Below are positions 50,701 through 63,619 of a DNA stretch of 64,000 bases, in pieces. Within the stretch, counting starts at the first letter, position 1. Every line of letters begins with the position of its first letter. The position numbers and the translations under genes are program-made. A model generated the notes under the pieces. The model did no database searches. It was not told where the DNA came from and saw only the letters and a list, made by a program, of their open reading frames with translations. Source of the DNA: Antechinus flavipes (Eukaryota); NCBI RefSeq assembly GCF_016432865.1, contig NC_067399.1:641824001-641888000 (forward strand). The letters run 5' to 3'.

Positions 50701-53269
50701 AGAAGCCATGCTCAAGGATAAAATTTACATGTAGAAATTTACATGTAGAAATACTTACAAATTTAGGAGGACAGAGTAATACAGGTCCACATGGGAATAT
50801 GTGCATGTGCACACAGATACACAAAGACCTTCACAAATATAAACATTTACATTGATTTAAACACCCATATGAACTCACACACTTAATTCCAGAAATAAAC
50901 CTGTTTTCTGAATAAGTGTTACAGAAAATTCTCTCCATGTGGATTTGGGGATGATGTTGCCAACCAATACCCCGCTCCCCGGACTTAGGAGCCTGCCGGT
51001 CTAAACAGCCCCATTCATTCCAAACCAGCAGTTCTTCTGGTCCCTTGCCCCAATTACTTTGGGTTACATAAGTCCAGTCCAAGCTATTTCACCAAACCCA
51101 AGGCATGCTTCCATCTGTACCGATGTTCCCCAGACTCACTGGAGATTGGGGGTATGTGTGTCAAGCAACGAGCTCCAGGTGTTCTAGTTCTTCTGTTAAA
51201 TCCTTCCTTTCCCTTATGGGAGAAAAGGCCCATTTCACAGGGGATTTCCAATTTCATTCAAATTTCACATTACAAAGGGAAGATGTTCCATACCTGCTGT
51301 TATTTTGGACTCATCTGTTTTTTATGCTTCTGGAATGGAAGTAGAATTACAGAATGTCAGAGCTAGAGGAAAAAGCAGGGAACTGAATCCCAGAGTGGGG
51401 AAGAGACATGTTGAAGGTCCCACAGCTAATTAGTGGCAAAGCAAGGCCTTCGGTCTCAAAGTTTAGGGCTTTTTTTTTTTTACTAATTTTTTAAATGTCT
51501 CCCAAGATATAAATAGAAGGAAGAAAAGGTGAGGCAGTAGGAGGAAGAGAAGATAATGGAAGCTGGAACAAGTGAAAGAAGATGGGAGATGTAGAAAACA
51601 AAGCAGAATGAGAAGGAAGAGAAAAGAGATAGAGGATTTGATGAAGCAGAAGAATTCGAGAGAGGAAGAAAGAAAATAAGAAAGAAGTAAAGAAAGGAAG
51701 AGGAGGAGAATTAGGAGAGAAAATAAGAAAGTGAGAAAGAGAAGAAAGCAGAAGAGAGAGAAAGTAAGTATGAAAAGGAGAGTGGAGGTGGAGGAGGAAG
51801 AAGAAAAGAGGGAGGGAGGAGAAAGCTTCTCTAAAAGCTCTTATTGATGAATAAACATTGATTAAGTATATGTCCTATTTGTTTTGTGTTAAGTGGTGAA
51901 GATACAAAAAAACAGCAGAAATAGTTCCTGCCTTCAAGGAGCTTACAATCCAATAATCTTAGGACTAAAGCAGAGAAGAGTATTTATCCTTACCAACCAT
52001 GACCTTTCATTATACTCCTGAGAAACTCCTAGTGCGCTTCTAGCTCAATCAATTAGATGTATTCTGATTAACAGTGGGCAAAGCAGGCAAGGGAAGATGG
52101 AAATTAGCGGCTGTATTTTTTTGTTTTGTTTTGTAGTCCTAGCACCTAACCCAACATGGGGCCTTACACACAGTAGGTCCTTAATACATGTTTGCTGGAT
52201 TAGAGTGGATTGCTAACATTCTCCTCTTAAGGTTTTCCCAAGCCCAGCATTCTGAAAAGCTTCTTATTCTCCCTCCTTCGCAGATGGGGATGGGCAGCTA
52301 GCTCCTTCTTGCATCTCCTGAGGAGGGGCCTCCCTTGTCTTGAGCATCCTGTGTGCTCACTGAAGATATTAGCTAGCAATGGGGCTGGGGGGTGGGGAGC
52401 CCCCACTTCTCTCTGCCTGGTCTTCATGCTAGGAACACATCTAGTTTGCTGCCATTGTCTTCCCCTTCCCTGCCTCCTGCTAGCTCTCTTTGTGTCATGA
52501 GCAAAAAGCCATTTCTGTCATGTTGACCCTGACACAGGGAGAATGAAATTTTCTCTTGCTTTTCATTAACACGTCCTTGAATTTCCTCCCCCTTCACGTT
52601 TCCACCTCCTCCAATTTAACCCTTCTTTGCTGCCCTCACACATCACCACAGCAACGAGCTCTGCATTTCCTGCCCTCCCCACCCCTCCAGCCCTGTCCCT
52701 GGTCACTTTGGCTCAGAGAGAGCTGCTTGGCAAACTTCTCCCTGCCAGGGACATCTCCTCCACCTTCTGCCAGCCCTCTTCAACCCTGGAGTGGGGTTAG
52801 AGATGTGGACCACTTCCCACTCCCTGCATCACAGCTGCTGGCTAATTCCTCTGAGAACCCTGATGTGTATGTCTCAGGGTCCCAGACCCCACCCAGGATT
52901 AGTTATTCTTCTATGTTTCATTTCCTTGCTCCATCCTCCCCTCACCCATCATTCTCCATTCCAGTAATCCTCCTCACTGTTCATAATGACAGCAGCAGCA
53001 GCAGCAGCAACAGTACTAATAACCTTTGCCTCAGAATAGGAGATTTCTTTCCTGCAGGGTGGGCTTCCCTGTTTTCTGACATGAGTTACTTCACCTGAGT
53101 GATATCGGTTTTTCTTAACTGCCTTTGATGAAGATAAAAATGTCCTGTTATTCATTGGGAGAAAACCAATCCCTGCAAATCAAGAAATCCAAGGTTGTCT
53201 GAGTGCAGAGTTCTGGAGAAGTTAAATCCCTCTGTCTCCAGTTTAGAAAAACAGGAATCTGTGGGGTTT

Positions 53270-53319
<50 letters not shown>

Positions 53320-53344
53320 GGTGGTGGTGGTGGTGGTGGTGGTG
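53270..53344. repeat. (TTG)n(GTG)n compound trinucleotide repeat
   Basis: Read directly; it explains the poly-L/poly-V in ORF 53195..53404. Confidence 0.98.
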
Positions 53345-53417
53345 TTTAGTGATTGCCTTTGGGATGATTGTACAGAGTATTTCCATAGACTCCTGATTCA
53401 CTGAGAGATTTTAGGGC

Positions 53418-53530
53418 TAGAAGGGACCCTAGAAATCATCGATTCTAACCCACTTATGTTACAGATGAAAAAAGATTAGAAGGGACCCTAGAAATCATTG
53501 ATTTCAGCCCACTTATGTTACAGACGAAGA
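53418..53530. repeat. 59 bp tandem duplication of a MIR-like fragment
   Basis: tagaagggaccctagaaatcat.gatt..a.cccacttatgttacaga occurs at 53418 and 53477. Confidence 0.9.
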
Positions 53531-56207
53531 AGCCTACTGAACTGAACTAAAAAGAAGGGATTTAACTAAAGACACACAGTTAGGGAATAGCAGAGCTGAC
53601 ATTCAAACCTAAGTTCTATTTTTCCTCCAAATGACATGATCTCTTAAGTTCCCTGTGACCTCTAACATTCTGAGAAGAGATGAATCTTGGAGCACCTCTG
53701 GAGAAAATGACATAATTCCATTAAATTATTACAAGTTTATGTCACAGCGAGCTTGAAACCCAAACAGCTCCAAGGATACTAACAGCTTGGAATGCCCTGA
53801 GATTTAAAGGGTAAAAATTTTCCTTTGAGGGAAAAATGCTGGGAGATAAAAGGCATGTGGAGATAGGGAGGCACCCTTGCCTGATTTGTAGGGATTTGTT
53901 CACATGGAATAATTAGGCATTCAGTGGACAAAGTAGATAGTCATGTAGAGACATGTCATCCTTTATGCACAAAAATGTAATTCCCCGTGCATTTATCTGC
54001 TCTGAAACATGCTCCAAACTGCATCGCCCATATTGAGCTGCCAGAGACACCCCCAGTTTTTTATGACCTGTTGTACATCTTTATGGTAAGAATCACCCTG
54101 ATTAAAGTTGAGACTAGTGCTCTAAATATTAGAGAAATCCAATATTTATCCAGGACTAGGAATTTGGGAAGAAACAAGAAGGAAGATTGGGCCCCAGCCC
54201 TTGAAAGGCTTACAATTTAGGAGAGAGAAAAACATGGGGGCCAAGCCAAGGTAAAAGGTTCTCAATGGTATGTTAGAGGGGAGGAGATAGTGCTGTGGGG
54301 AGTTCAAATGATGCTTGATCAAAAGCATCAGACAAGACGCTTCAAGGGGAAATGGATTTTTTAATCTAGGTCTTAAAGGACAAATTTGGGGAAGAAATAA
54401 TATTTTAGGTGAAGGAGTCAAATGAACAAACACATAGAGGTTGCCTTGGAGAGCATTTCACTACTTTGGGAATTGGAAGGGACTTTAAATATAATCTGAT
54501 CCAACTCCTTAGTTTTATAGATGAGGATACTGAAGTTTTCCTCTGAACTTGTCCAATTGATGAGGCTGAGTGACTTGTCCAAGGTAGGAAACGACTTGAG
54601 TGGGGAGGCAAACCCAAGTCTGTGGTTTCCAGATCCAACGTTCCTTCCACCAGACATCTATTGATGGAGGTGAGTTGTTTTGTAGCATAGGGTGAGAAAA
54701 AGAGGCTAGTGTGAGATCAGGTTTAGAGGGTGCCATGGAAGCAGACTGTGGAGAGCCTGCATTGCATGTCTAGCTAAGGGATTTGGATTGTATTAGGCAA
54801 TAGGGAGTTACTGAAAATTATATCAGGAGACTAAAGATCAGAGCTGATTGGCAGTGTGTGAAAGAGGAGCTGAAAGGGGAAAAATAGTTAGTATACTCTG
54901 TGGGGTTCAAGGAAAAGGAACTGAGGTATCTCAACCAGACAGGGGACAATAAGGATGGGAAAGACATTAAGGAGTCAGGATCGACAAATCTGAACAAGAG
55001 AAGTGATGGTAGTTAGGCAGGATAAGAGGTCAGTCTATGGGTTGGAGAAAGATTCTCTCTTTTGGATGGAAGCTCACTGGTTTACATATGATCTTAATTT
55101 ATGACCTCAGTGGTTTAACCACTTAGCTGCTGGCTCAGGGTGTATAAAGGAGAATTTTGAAAGTGAGCACTAGAGGAAATTAGAGGTATGGCAGCAATTC
55201 ATTTACCCACAATCTCACTTCTCTAAAACATGGCGGAGAACCCAAAAGAAAGCCAAAAATTCTTTGAAGCTGTCAAAGTATATGTCATTATGTTCATGCA
55301 TGCATTTGATGCATTGGAAAGTACCTAATAATTCTTGCTCAGAACCTACTGACTCTAACTTTACATAAAATTTTAATCAGCTTGGTGCTGTCATTTATTT
55401 TAGCTCACCCCAAATTATCAATATCAAATTAGAGGTGAGGTAAGTGAAGGGAAAGGAGTTAGAGCAGGCAGAGCAGTGGAATAAAAATGTATGAAAAGGA
55501 GACATAAGAACTGTTAGAAAGGACTTTGGACCGGTGGTCAAAAGACCTGTATTCTAGTCCTGACTCTGTCACCAACTAGATATCAGGCAAGTCATTTAAT
55601 CGCTCCCTGACTACCACTACAGTCATCCATTGAGTCTTGTCAATCCTACTTCTTCAGGGTGTCTCTCATCCTTGCTGTCCCCATCATCCTCATTATCATT
55701 AGTCCAGACTCTCAGTATCCCGTATCTGGGCCAAATTAGCAATATCTTTTTAGTTGGGGCAAGTTATTGAAAACTGGGCTCACCCACGTTGTAGTCAAGA
55801 AGAGGCAGCAGTCCCTGAGATAATATTAGGCTTCCTGGCTTCTAAGGAACTAATTGGCTACTACTTATAAGAATGACAACAGCTGGGTTAGTCCTACTGT
55901 GGTATAGAATGGGAGACTCTCTGTGGTTTCTATGCTGATCAAAGCTCAGCTGCTGAAGGCTTGAAGCCTGTTACCTTTGATGGGGATGGGACAAACAGGG
56001 AAGGAGGTGCCCCAAGAACAATGTTGTCAAAGCCCTCTGGATTTTCCACCCTGGTACAAAGCCTCAGCTGCCTTGTCCTAATTATGGCTGTTACTGGGCT
56101 GCAGTGTCTCGGCTCTGACAGTCTCTGATTCAATCATCTCTGAAACACAACACTTGGGATGATTTATAGAAGCCAATAGCCTTGTATAGCGCAATAACTC
56201 TCGATGG

Positions 56208-56478
56208 CATTAAAGAAGTTACATTCACATCCATCTCCTCGTTCTTAAAAGAGTCATTTCCATCCAAAATGGTTGTATTAAAATATTAGATCATTAAAGA
56301 AGGTTATATTCACATCCATAACCTCTTTTAAGAAGATATTCTTAAAAGATCATTTCCATCCAAAATGGTTGTATTAAAATATTAGATCATTTAAAAGGTT
56401 ACATTCAAGCCCAAATGCTCTGTTAAGAAGACGTTCTTAAGAGTCATTTCCATTCAAAATGGTCTTATTAAAATATTT
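56208..56478. repeat. Three-copy tandem array, units of about 84, 96 and 91 bp
   Basis: Units start at 56208, 56292 and 56388; shared core tcatttccat.caaaatggt..tattaaaatatt. Confidence 0.92.
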
Positions 56479-56745
56479 CGACGCTAAAAAGGGAAAATCT
56501 CAATTATTTGGCAAACTAACTTAGCTGAAGCTACGCATTCTTCAGTGAGCTAGCTTACATGAGTTGTGTCTTTGCTGAATTTTTTCAGTCCAGTCGTTGG
56601 AACTTAAGATATCATGGCAATATTATTCAAAATGAGACCCAATTGTTTCCTCAGCTCCAAAGAGAGCTTGACACATCTATAATCCCCGGCCCAGCACTGA
56701 GGGCTTCCCTTCCGGCTCACCTGCTCTCCAAACCCAAAGCCTCAC

Positions 56746-56879
56746 CTTCACGACCCACGTCTGCAGTTTGGATCTCCAACTTGACTGTTGTTTCCCAGGT
56801 GGGACTTCTGGTGGGCTCCCAGGTAGTTGAGGTAACAGCTGTAGACTCCTGGTGTTTTTCTTCCTGTGAGGTGGTTTTC
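56746..56879 (-). CDS. CCDC33: CCDC33 coding exon a (phase 2 to 1): KTTSQEEKHQESTAVTSTTWEPTRSPTWETTVKLEIQTADVGRE
   Basis: Acceptor ccttccccccacccag|G and donor GAAG|gtgagg. Similar to recalled human [37 protein letters not shown]. This frame is not in the ORF track. Confidence 0.92.
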
Positions 56880-59203
56880 CTGGGTGGGGGGAAGGATAGA
56901 GGAAAAGGGGATGTTGGAAAAAGAAAGGTGGAATAACTTCTTCCTACACACTCCAGTCCCTTTGGTCCTTAGGGTTCCAAACATGAAAAGAACTGAAGGA
57001 GAAGACCAGAAATGTTCTCTCAAAGAAGGAGCTATCCAGCAATGTCACCTGCCAGCCCTTGAGGGTGTGCTCACCAATTGTCTTAGTTTCTGGGCTAATG
57101 TATGGTCTTGCCTTCCCCTGGGTAATTGCTCACTTTAAACCACATTATTACGAGCTTTCAGAGCTGTGTGTTTGTCTCTGGGAAAGAGGAAAATGCCAAG
57201 TTTATTTAGGTTACCTCCTTTCATTCTGTTAAATTCCTACCCATCCTTGAAAACCTAACAAAAATTCACTTCTTCCAGGAAGCCTTCCTTGATTCCCTCT
57301 CAAAAGCAATGGCCTTGCTCCTCTGTGCTCACGCAGTGAATGTGTCACATGTTTGGTGGCTCTTTGCATGGGTGTCTCAAGACTAAGCGTCATGTGGGAA
57401 GGACCATGTCTCATCCCAATGACTTAACATGAGAGCCATCTAGCCCAGAATGAGATTCTCTAAATGATGTAAGCAACAGAAGGAGATCCTTTTCTGCACA
57501 TGGCCAGGGTGGGGAATTGTGTTGTGTGCTTTTTTCAAGGGTTTTGATTCTTTTTTCTTTTTCAAATGGAGGAAGAGGAAAAGAGGGAACATAAAATTTT
57601 GCTAATTGAAATAAATAAATGAATTAATTATAATTAATTAATTTTTTAAAACCCCTAGAGTAAGGCCTTCATAAATATTTTTTAGAGTTGTCATCGGAGG
57701 CATGTTCTGAGTAAGCTGACTTGAATGGTAACAAGAGTGGACTTGACTCAAGCTGTTTGGGATCAACCTTGAGACAGAGAGGGGAAAGGGAGAGGGCCAG
57801 GGAGTGACAGAGGGAAAAGAGAAGGGAAGGGTAGGGAGAGAAGGGGAGAAAAAAAAGAAGAGAAGAAAAGAAAAGAATGGAGAAAAGAAGAAGAGAAGAG
57901 AGGAGAGAGGAAGAAAAAAGAAAATAACAGAAAAGAAACTAACCCACACTGACCGTCCTTTGTGTTTGAAAACCTAAGAGCACTAAACATATCACGAGGA
58001 TTAAGTCAATGGTACATGTCAAACATCATAAGAACCATCAACAGATGATTGAGGAGAGATCAGAAGGGTTACTCCTCTCCAATAATATTCAGTTCAAAAA
58101 CTTAAGAATCAAATGACATATACATAATGTTTAAAATGTACAAAGTGCTTTAGCTAGCTGACCTCATTTGAGCCTCAAAGCCATACCATAAATGGGTGCT
58201 ACAAGTCATTATTATTATTCTTATTTAACAAATAAGGAAACTGAGGGTCTGAGGAGTTAAGTGACTTACCCAGAGTCACACAATTACAAAGAGTGAAAGT
58301 CAGGTCTCTAATACAAATCCTTTTCCCCCTCCTCCCTTCAAATGCAGCACCTTATCTACTATATCAAGGTGCCTCTTTCTCAGTTTATATTTTAAATAAT
58401 CACAGGTAATTACTTATTCGGGCTCTCTCATAGAGGAATGTATCAAAATTGCAATTTAACCTGTTTCTATTTTCTGTCTTTTACATTTCTCAGTGCAAAT
58501 GAAAGGGACACAGCACTTCTTTCTGTTTGCCTTTCTTATCTCCTCCAAACTGAAAAGACAGTATATCTTTTTAGCATTGAACAATTTGGTGATCAAAGTA
58601 ACATGGCTTCATGGAAAGATCCTTAACTGGGGAACAAGAGACATCAATTCTAGTCTTGTTTAGGCAAATCATTTCATGATAGTTCACACACACACATAGC
58701 ATCTTGCAAATATTTTCCTTACAAAGATCCCATGATGAGAAAACTGAGGCTTGAAGATATCAAAGTACTAGCCAAAGGCCACTTATCTAACAAATGTCAG
58801 AGCGAGGGCTTGGTACCAACAGGCTGGTTTCTTTTAATGCCCTCCCATCTTTCTGGATCTCATTTTCCTCATCTATGTGACTTTGAAGGTTCATAACAGA
58901 TTTAACATTATGAAATGATAATTCAGATTTCTTTCCACATTGACCATAAACATGACCTTGTTGATTCTCCATATTAGAGAGCCCTGCAGAGAGTTAGAGC
59001 TTGTAGGAACCTTAGAGATGTTATCTCTTGGCATCCAATAAGCAATTTTGCACCCATCCATCCAGTTATATAAACCTTCCTATTTTATAGTTAAGAAAAA
59101 TGAGGTTCAGAGGAAATGACTTTCAAAGTTATGCAGAACTAGCAAGTCTCATACTTGAAATTTGAATTCAAATCTTCCAATTTCCCCTCTGCACAAACTG
59201 GTG

Positions 59204-59418
59204 NNNNNNNNNNNNNNNNNNNNNNNNNNNNNNNNNNNNNNNNNNNNNNNNNNNNNNNNNNNNNNNNNNNNNNNNNNNNNNNNNNNNNNNNNNNNNNNNN
59301 NNNNNNNNNNNNNNNNNNNNNNNNNNNNNNNNNNNNNNNNNNNNNNNNNNNNNNNNNNNNNNNNNNNNNNNNNNNNNNNNNNNNNNNNNNNNNNNNNNNN
59401 NNNNNNNNNNNNNNNNNN
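59204..59418. other. Assembly gap (215 N)
   Basis: Run of n. Confidence 1.
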
Positions 59419-60699
59419 CCTCCCTTGCTCTCTTCTTCCTTCCTTCTTTCTTCTCACCTACCTACCTATTATCTATTCCTCTCCAAGCTCAGAGGTTCCT
59501 AATCTTTTTTGCACTCCACTGGAAGTTTGGTGAGATATATGAAACACTTCTAAGAATTATGTTTGCAATAAAGTACATGAGATTGCAAAGGAAATTACAG
59601 AGTTGTCCAAATATTTTTATTTCACAGACCCCATGAACTGTGTCCCCAGAAGCCCAGGTTTCGAACGTCTGTCCCAACTAGATACTGGAGGGAATAAAAT
59701 GAAATCATCATTACACAGTCCCTCCACCCTCTTCTTGCTTCCAATTATGTCAGTTCCTCCAGCTCTGCTCACTTTTGTCTTTCTGTCCATGTAGCAACTG
59801 GATTGGTCAGGATATGAGCTAGATGCCCAATGCATCATTGCTGTTATGATTTCATAACATAGCCTTGCGAGCTGGAATAAGTACCCGCCAGAGACTGCAC
59901 AGTTAAATAGCTCAATTGGAGACTTAATAAGCTTTTTGCCAACACAGTTATTATATTGACGCTTGGAATGGTAATGCGACATTAATTGCAACAATTCATG
60001 AGGTGAGCATCCCCAACGCTGCTCCCTCCCAGCCAGGAATAGAGTGGAGACACAATGCCTGCTGCCTGAGCTCCCTGTCACCAAGGGAAAATGAGGCAAT
60101 GAGTCCAGGAGCCCCCTCCAAAAGCCAGAAAGGGGATGTCAAGGAAAGCTCCTTGGAAGAAGAATCAAAAAATCCAGGTTTGGATCCTTGCTTTGTCACT
60201 GACTCTGGTGTCCTGGAGAGAGTTATTTTACTTGGCTGGGTCTTCTTTCTTCATCTTTGAAAGAGGAGAAAATAATTCCTACCTGGTCAACCCTGCAAAG
60301 GTACTGTGACAGCCAACTAAAATAACAGGAAAGAGAGGGCTTTAAAATAGTATAGGTCTGGCCCCTTCCAGACAAGGGAGGTGATAGCTGGAACTTGGCC
60401 GGATTGCTGGCGTGATGAGGGGCTGCTTTTACACCTTAGCAGGGTCATACTCAGTGGTTGGAATGGTCTTCAATGAGGCTGAGAGTGATGGAGCAAGAAT
60501 TGTAGATTCATGGATCATGGGAGCACAGGTTTAAAACTGGAAGGACCTCTGAGACCATCTAGGCTAAATGCCTCATTTTACAGATGAGAAGACTGAGTCC
60601 AGGTGACTCCAGTGACAAGATGCTAGGTTATCTGCCCCTTCTTGGGAGTCACTTTACTTCTTTCCTCATCTATAAAAAGGGGATAATATTTCTATGGTG

Positions 60700-61210
60700 T
60701 TATCTGACCATGTCACTCACCTACTCAATAAACTCCAATGGTTTCCTATTGTCTCCAGGACAACATATAAACTGACTTTTATGGCCTTTTATAACATCAC
60801 ATAATTCCAGCATTACTATAGTATCCCCAGTTTGTACACTTTGATTCAGCCAAAGTGGACTCTTTTCTGGGCTTCCTATTTCTTCACACCAGCCATTCTT
60901 CATGCCTGGAATTCATTCCTCCTCATCTGCTATGTAGAATTCCTCTTTTTTCTTCCAGGTGCACATCAAACACTTTCTTACACAAAGTCCTCTGGGATCC
61001 CTACATATGCTAATACTTCCCCTCTGGGCTACTTAATATTTAATGACATAGTATTTATTTTGTATTTATTCTGGATATATTTGTATATGTCCACATATAT
61101 TTATATGTCTCCCGATAGAAGATTTTGAGAGGGATAGCCTCATTTTTCTTTTTATTTCCAGTCCTATTACAATAACTGACACACAGGAGGCACTTAAATC
61201 CTTGTTGATT
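60700..61210 (+). mobile_element. L2 3' fragment
   Basis: ctcaataaactccaatggtttcctattgtctccagg...gacacacaggaggcacttaaatccttgttgattga. Confidence 0.75.
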
Positions 61211-61309
61211 GACCGAATGGCTCAAAGACCAATACTTGATTCAGGTCAATGGATGTGAATATTGTTTCCTCAGTTTGAGAATTTTCTTAGAGCTGAGGGC
61301 TTCTCCCTC

Positions 61310-61530
61310 AATTTGTTGTTATTGATTAGTTGCGTACAATTCTTTATGACCCCATTTGGGGGTTTCTTGGCAAAGATACTGGATCCTATTTTTAGCTCAT
61401 TTTACAGATGAAGAAACTGAGGCAAATAGGGCATTGTGGCTGGCTTAGGGTCACATGGCTGGTAAATATTGGAGATCATATTTGAATTCAGAAAGATGAA
61501 TCGTCCAAGATTCTATCCATTGCCCACCAT
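61310..61530 (-). mobile_element. MAR1-type SINE
   Basis: tttatgaccccatttgggggtttcttggcaaagatactgga...gaaactgaggcaaatagg. Confidence 0.75.
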
Positions 61531-62209
61531 CTTGATGATCATTATTTCCTGAGTTTTGGATTGAACACTAAAACCACGATTGTTCTCTCTTCCCTTGGGA
61601 GTTGGGACCAAACCCTGGATATAATTGTCAGGGGAGGAACTTTTGTTTTTAGGCCCTCTGACAATGTACTCTTAAAGTGCTTCTTCTTAGAGCCTCTCTC
61701 TCCAGCATCCTTTGTTCTACAACGCTGAGATCTGCCCAGAGCCTCCATAAATCTTGCTTGCCTTCTATGAATGGGTCAGAGGGTTTTAAAATGACATCAG
61801 AGACCTTCTAATTCAACCTGCTCATTTTCCATATAAGGAAAGTGAGAACTAGGGAAGGCACCTGTCCAAGACTATCTGAATAGCAGGCATGAGTCACACT
61901 TTAAATTAAGTTCTTACAAATTCTGACCCACCGGGGCTTTCTCATGCTACTGTGCGGGTCTTACTTTGCCATCTTCTCTGCTCTCCTACTGAAACATTAC
62001 AAAGCAAAATAAAAACCCCTTTCCGCTCTTCTTTTAGGTCTGTCTCACTGAGCAGCATTTTTATTCTTAGTAAAGTTTTGGTTATTAATATTAGCTTAAG
62101 GCATCACAGGGCACATTTGTATTTGTATCCTAGGTCTTAGGTTGGCACTTAATAAATGCTCCTGCATTCATTCATATTTCACAGAGGAATTTATATTTTA
62201 AAGGAAAAA

Positions 62210-62450
62210 AGCTAGATAGTGCAGTAATAAAGTCCTAGTCCTGAAGTCAGGAAAACTCATCTTCCTGAATCTCGGATATTGACTAGCTGTATGTAAGGGA
62301 GGTTACTTTTCTTACTGCTGTTTGCCTCAGTTTCCTAATCTGTAAAATGGTCTAGGGAAGGAAATAGCAAACCACTCCAGTATCTCTGCCAAGAAAACCC
62401 CAAGTGTGGTCACAAAGAGTTGGACATGACTGAAATGACTGAACAATAAC
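62210..62450 (+). mobile_element. MAR1-type SINE
   Basis: gctagatagtgcagtaa...gcaaccactccagtatctctgccaagaaaaccccaagtgtggtcacaaagagttggacatgactgaa. Confidence 0.82.
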
Positions 62451-63619
62451 CAATAAATAGCGTTTCCTTCCCTCTAAAGTTCTTTATTTTGTATTTCTCC
62501 AAAAAAAAAAAAATGGCCAGGCCTGCAATATGTGTGATATGATGGAGTAAAGAAATATGGATTCATATCTCACCTCTGATGTTCACTCCCTGTGTGGCCT
62601 TTTTAAAATGACTTATCTCATTGGGCTTCAGCTTTTTTACCTTCAAAATGAAAGGATTGACCCAGATGCCTATGGAGTCCCTCTCTGAATCTATGATTCT
62701 ATAAATACTAACAGTAATCTATGATTCTGTAAACACTAAAAGGAATTTCAGAATGGACAACATTTTGGATTTGTCTTCTTGTAAATATCTCTTTAGTGCC
62801 ACTAAAATCATAAAAGTTGGTGGTTACCTATTCTATTTACATATAAGATCAGCTATGTTTGGGGCTATTTTGCTTGATTGAAAAAAGGCAAAGGGGCCTC
62901 TTAGTTGGATAATATGGTCACAGATTTAGAGTTAGATTGAGCTTAGAAAAGTAACATTATTTGCCCATGCTCACATAGGTATTAAGTGTCAGAAACAAGA
63001 TTTGAACCACTCTTCTTCACTCCAAGAAAAGTACATCCCACAAGTAGTGATGGCCACATCTGCTAAGAAGGCTAGTGAGTACCTCAGTCAGGTCACTATT
63101 TTGGAAAAGCTTCAGTTAATTCGTTAACCTAATTAAAATCTTGCCTCAGTTAATTCTGTACTCCTTGGACACCTCACTTTGCCAGCCATTCTGCTGCCAC
63201 TGATGAGATATCTCATCTCCACACCTCAACCCAGTATTGGAGTCATATGATCCATCAACTCTGTCATTGTTCCTGGATGGAGTGTTTCTGTATACTTTCC
63301 CATGTTCCCAGTAACCTGTACTTTTTTAGATTAAACTGTTCCTCTCTGAACGACACAGATTTTTGGTGTGTGTTTCTCCCTTGAGAGTGTAAGCTTCCTG
63401 ATGCCTGGGGTTATTATTGTTTTTATATTTATGTTCTCTGTACTCAGAACAATACTTATACAAATTAAGCAATATAGGTCCATTCATTCATTATCTTATC
63501 TACAAAATGAGAGAATTGGATTAATCTCTAAAAGTCCTTCCCACCTCTTAATCTTATGAGTTGAACAAAAGCCCCTGGTGTGTGCACTAACCCCCATAGC
63601 ACTGAAGTGATTAACTAGG

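Noticed and set aside
52556-53098. Longest plus-strand ORF (180 aa)
   Set aside because: Pro/Ser/Leu-rich product of pyrimidine-rich intronic DNA; antisense to CCDC33, with no domain or splice support.
56208-56478. Idea that the tandem array is a mitochondrial control-region insertion (NUMT)
   Set aside because: No recognisable tRNA, CSB or TAS motifs by eye; needs a BLAST to exclude formally.
57630-57650. Perfect AT palindrome aattaattataattaatt
   Set aside because: Low-complexity tail of an old retroposon fragment.
59617-60099. 160-codon minus ORF
   Set aside because: Runs from unique DNA into a MITE relic and has no similarity to the missing CCDC33 exon. Kept only as a non-coding candidate.
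61973-61996. 24 nt minus-strand microexon-like segment (ttcag|...|gtaaga)
   Set aside because: Phase could fit, but the peptide RRAEKMA does not resemble the expected upstream exon and there is no other support.
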